DNA of 64,000 nucleotides from Candidatus Binatia bacterium (GTDB lineage Bacteria; Desulfobacterota; Binatia; UBA9968): NCBI GenBank assembly GCA_041483675.1, contig JBGPGE010000001.1, positions 868 to 64,867 of the forward strand, read 5' to 3'. Shown piece by piece: positions 61,980 to 64,000 of this stretch (position 1 is its first letter; each line of letters starts with the position of its first letter). The notes under the pieces were generated by a model. It saw only the letters and a program-made list of their open reading frames with translations, ran no database searches and was not told where the DNA came from. The position numbers and the translations under genes were made by a program.

Positions 61980-64000
61980 TTAGGCCGCGGCCTGGGCGGA
62001 CCGGCCAAGGGGAAGCCGGACGCGGAAAGTCGCCCCCCGTCCCGGCTCGCTTTCGACGCTGATTTGGCCCTCTAGAAGGTCGAGCACCCGGCGCACCGTA
62101 TAGAGACCCAGACCGAGACCGCCAAAGTGGCGGCTATCGCCGTCATCAAGCTGGCGGAAGCGGTCGAAAATAATCTCCCGGCCCTGCTCCTCGATGCCGA
62201 TGCCGGTGTCCTGGACGACTATCTCGACGCCCCCGTCCACGCCGAAACTTCCCAGGACGATTTTTCCCTCGCGGGTAAATTTTGCCGCGTTGTCGAGCAG
62301 GCAGGTCAACACCTGCTTGACCCGCTTGGCGTCGGAAAAGATCGTCGGCAGCGTGCCGGTGTAGTCGCGTTCCAGGACGACGGGCTTGCCGGCGATCAGG
62401 CCGGTGGCATGGAGCGCCGCCTCGTCCAGCAGGGCCGATAGCTCGAGCGGCTCGCGGCGCACCTTGAGCAGGTCGCCCTCGATCTGCGTCAAGTCGAGAA
62501 TGGCATCGATCATGCTCAGCAGGTGCTCGGCGGCCTTGAGAATCTTTTGCATCCCGGTGCGAATCTCCGGAGTCGGCTCGCCGAACAGATTGTTCAACAC
62601 CATGCCCGGATAGGCCATGATAATGCTGAGCGGGGTGCGCAGCTCGTGCGACATGATGTGCAAAAACTTTTCTTTGACGCGGAGCGCCTCCTGCAGCGCC
62701 TTGTTGAGCTTCTGGAGCGTCACGGCCTCTTCGGCGGATTCCCGGTAGAGCCGCGCGTTTTCCAGCGCCACCGCGACCAGGCCGACGAAGTTATTGAAGC
62801 CGCTGATCTCCTGGGGCGTCCATTGCCGCTCCCTGCGGCTGTGGACCGACAGCACGGCGATCGCCTTGCCCGCCCACTCCACCGGCAGCAAGAGATGCGA
62901 GCGGTATCCGCCGCGGCTGAAAAAATCTTTTTCCCAGGAAGGCGTCGCGCGCCCGATGTCGGCGATCACTATCGCCTCTTTCATCCGCGCCACCCAGCCG
63001 GCCAGGCTTGCGTCGGCGGGGATCGTCGTGCCGAGCAGGCCGTCGGTCCCCGCCGCGCCGGCGATTTCGAGCGCCTCCGCTTTCGGCAGGAGAATCTCCG
63101 CGGCGTCCGCGCCGAGCAGCGCCACGGCGTGAGAGGCGATGTTGGGCAACATCTCATCCAGGCCGGCCAGCACGGAGATCTGTTTTCCCGCTTCGATAAA
63201 GCGGGCGAAATAGGCGCCCGCGTCCGCGGCGGCGGCCGGGGTTGCCGCCGTCGGCGCGCCCTGGGGAGAAGCGGCGGCTTTGCCGTTCGCCCGGCCGTTC
63301 GATTTCTCGGCTTCGTCGCGCTTGGCCGGGCTTCTCCAGCCCAGCGCCATGGCGAACATCTCCCGGCTCTTTTCCAGCTCGGAAATCACCCCGCCGAGCA
63401 TCTCCCGGCATTGATCCTCCGTCACTTTGAGAAACGGCCAGACCGAGCCGTCGAGCGCGCCGTCGCCGCGATCTCCGCCTTTGCCGATCTCGGAGCTTTC
63501 GCAAAGCCGGTCGGCCAGATGGACGATCGCCACGATCTTGCGCACCGAGTCGTCCGCATTCTGCGGCACTTCCGCCGGCGCGCGATGAAACCCGATCGAG
63601 TATCTGAGGAGCGGCGGGAAACCCCACTGATTGGCCGCCGCCTGTCCCACCACCGTATGGTCGGTGCCGAGCGTGCGCTGTTCCGCCTGGGAGAGCGGGA
63701 TCCCTTCGCTCTCGGCGATCTGCACCGCGTCGAGCAGCTCCTTCTTGAAAAACCGGTACAGCAACACCTTGCCCATATCGTGGAGCAGTCCGGCGATAAA
63801 GGCCTCTTCCGGGGAAATGCGTCCGATGTGCGTCGCGACGGCCCGGGACCATACGGCGCAACCTAAGGAATGCTCCCACAACTGGCCGATGCTTAGAATC
63901 TCGTTGTCTTCATCGGCAAAAGTGCCGAAGGTGAACAGGGTCAGCGCGAGCGACGCGATGGCGTCCATGCCCAGGATCGAGACGGCCTGGGACACAGTAC
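61980..64000 (-). CDS. Sensor histidine kinase with HDOD, GAF, HisKA and HATPase_c domains; the 5' end probably lies beyond the window
   Basis: HDOD signature (GLLHDMGKVLL), a GAF-like segment, H-box SHELRTPLSI, and G boxes. The reading frame is open to the window edge. Confidence 0.75.
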   Translation of the reverse strand, partial: TVSQAVSILGMDAIASLALTLFTFGTFADEDNEILSIGQLWEHSLGCAVWSRAVATHIGRISPEEAFIAGLLHDMGKVLLYRFFKKELLDAVQIAESEGIPLSQAEQRTLGTDHTVVGQAAANQWGFPPLLRYSIGFHRAPAEVPQNADDSVRKIVAIVHLADRLCESSEIGKGGDRGDGALDGSVWPFLKVTEDQCREMLGGVISELEKSREMFAMALGWRSPAKRDEAEKSNGRANGKAAASPQGAPTAATPAAAADAGAYFARFIEAGKQISVLAGLDEMLPNIASHAVALLGADAAEILLPKAEALEIAGAAGTDGLLGTTIPADASLAGWVARMKEAIVIADIGRATPSWEKDFFSRGGYRSHLLLPVEWAGKAIAVLSVHSRRERQWTPQEISGFNNFVGLVAVALENARLYRESAEEAVTLQKLNKALQEALRVKEKFLHIMSHELRTPLSIIMAYPGMVLNNLFGEPTPEIRTGMQKILKAAEHLLSMIDAILDLTQIEGDLLKVRREPLELSALLDEAALHATGLIAGKPVVLERDYTGTLPTIFSDAKRVKQVLTCLLDNAAKFTREGKIVLGSFGVDGGVEIVVQDTGIGIEEQGREIIFDRFRQLDDGDSRHFGGLGLGLYTVRRVLDLLEGQISVESEPGRGATFRVRLPLGRSAQAAA

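Overview
This 64 kb window is a high-GC bacterial chromosome segment with dense coding on both strands. No rRNA, tRNA or CRISPR array was seen.

Features, left to right:
- A truncated M20-type amidohydrolase 3' end, then pyrR and a PrpF-family isomerase.
- An N-terminal-REC/GAF hybrid histidine kinase.
- An FbpABC-like ABC importer (periplasmic binding protein, fused two-domain permease, ATPase).
- A seven-gene signal-transduction operon on the minus strand: a small HTH protein, a KAS-II-like condensing enzyme, a 7TM sensor kinase, an atypical REC/degenerate-EBP/HK-like protein, an NtrC-type sigma-54 activator, a sigma-54-like promoter, a REC-HK hybrid, a hypothetical protein and a single-domain REC. 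A FadL-like outer-membrane protein gene is divergent from it.
- glnS and gltX.
- A ~3.2 kb lower-GC islet bracketed by a 104-bp direct repeat that duplicates the 3' end of a small secreted-protein gene. It carries hicAB, a barstar-like gene, an AAA ATPase and a lipoprotein.
- A UDP-sugar dehydrogenase gene flanked by MITE-like palindromic repeats.
- A flagellar block: motAB, two flagellin genes, two fliS copies, fliD, a FliT-like gene and a cheY-like gene.
- A ~25 kb flagellin-glycosylation island encoding a nonulosonic-acid (pseudaminic/legionaminic-like) pathway. It includes NeuB-like and NeuA-like enzymes, an aminotransferase, an SDR dehydratase, a GNAT, a Gfo/Idh/MocA oxidoreductase, three amidotransferases, four methyltransferases, an FkbH-ACP-acyltransferase module and glycosyltransferases.
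- The window ends in a partial HDOD-GAF histidine kinase.

The most unusual sequence-level signals are three families of small repeats:
- Degenerate heptanucleotide tandem arrays fill intergenic spacers and some coding linkers, and are concentrated in the glycosylation island. They are candidate phase-variation or contingency loci.
- A ~70-110 bp MITE-like palindromic element is present in four copies at module boundaries.
- A REP-like double hairpin is present in two copies.
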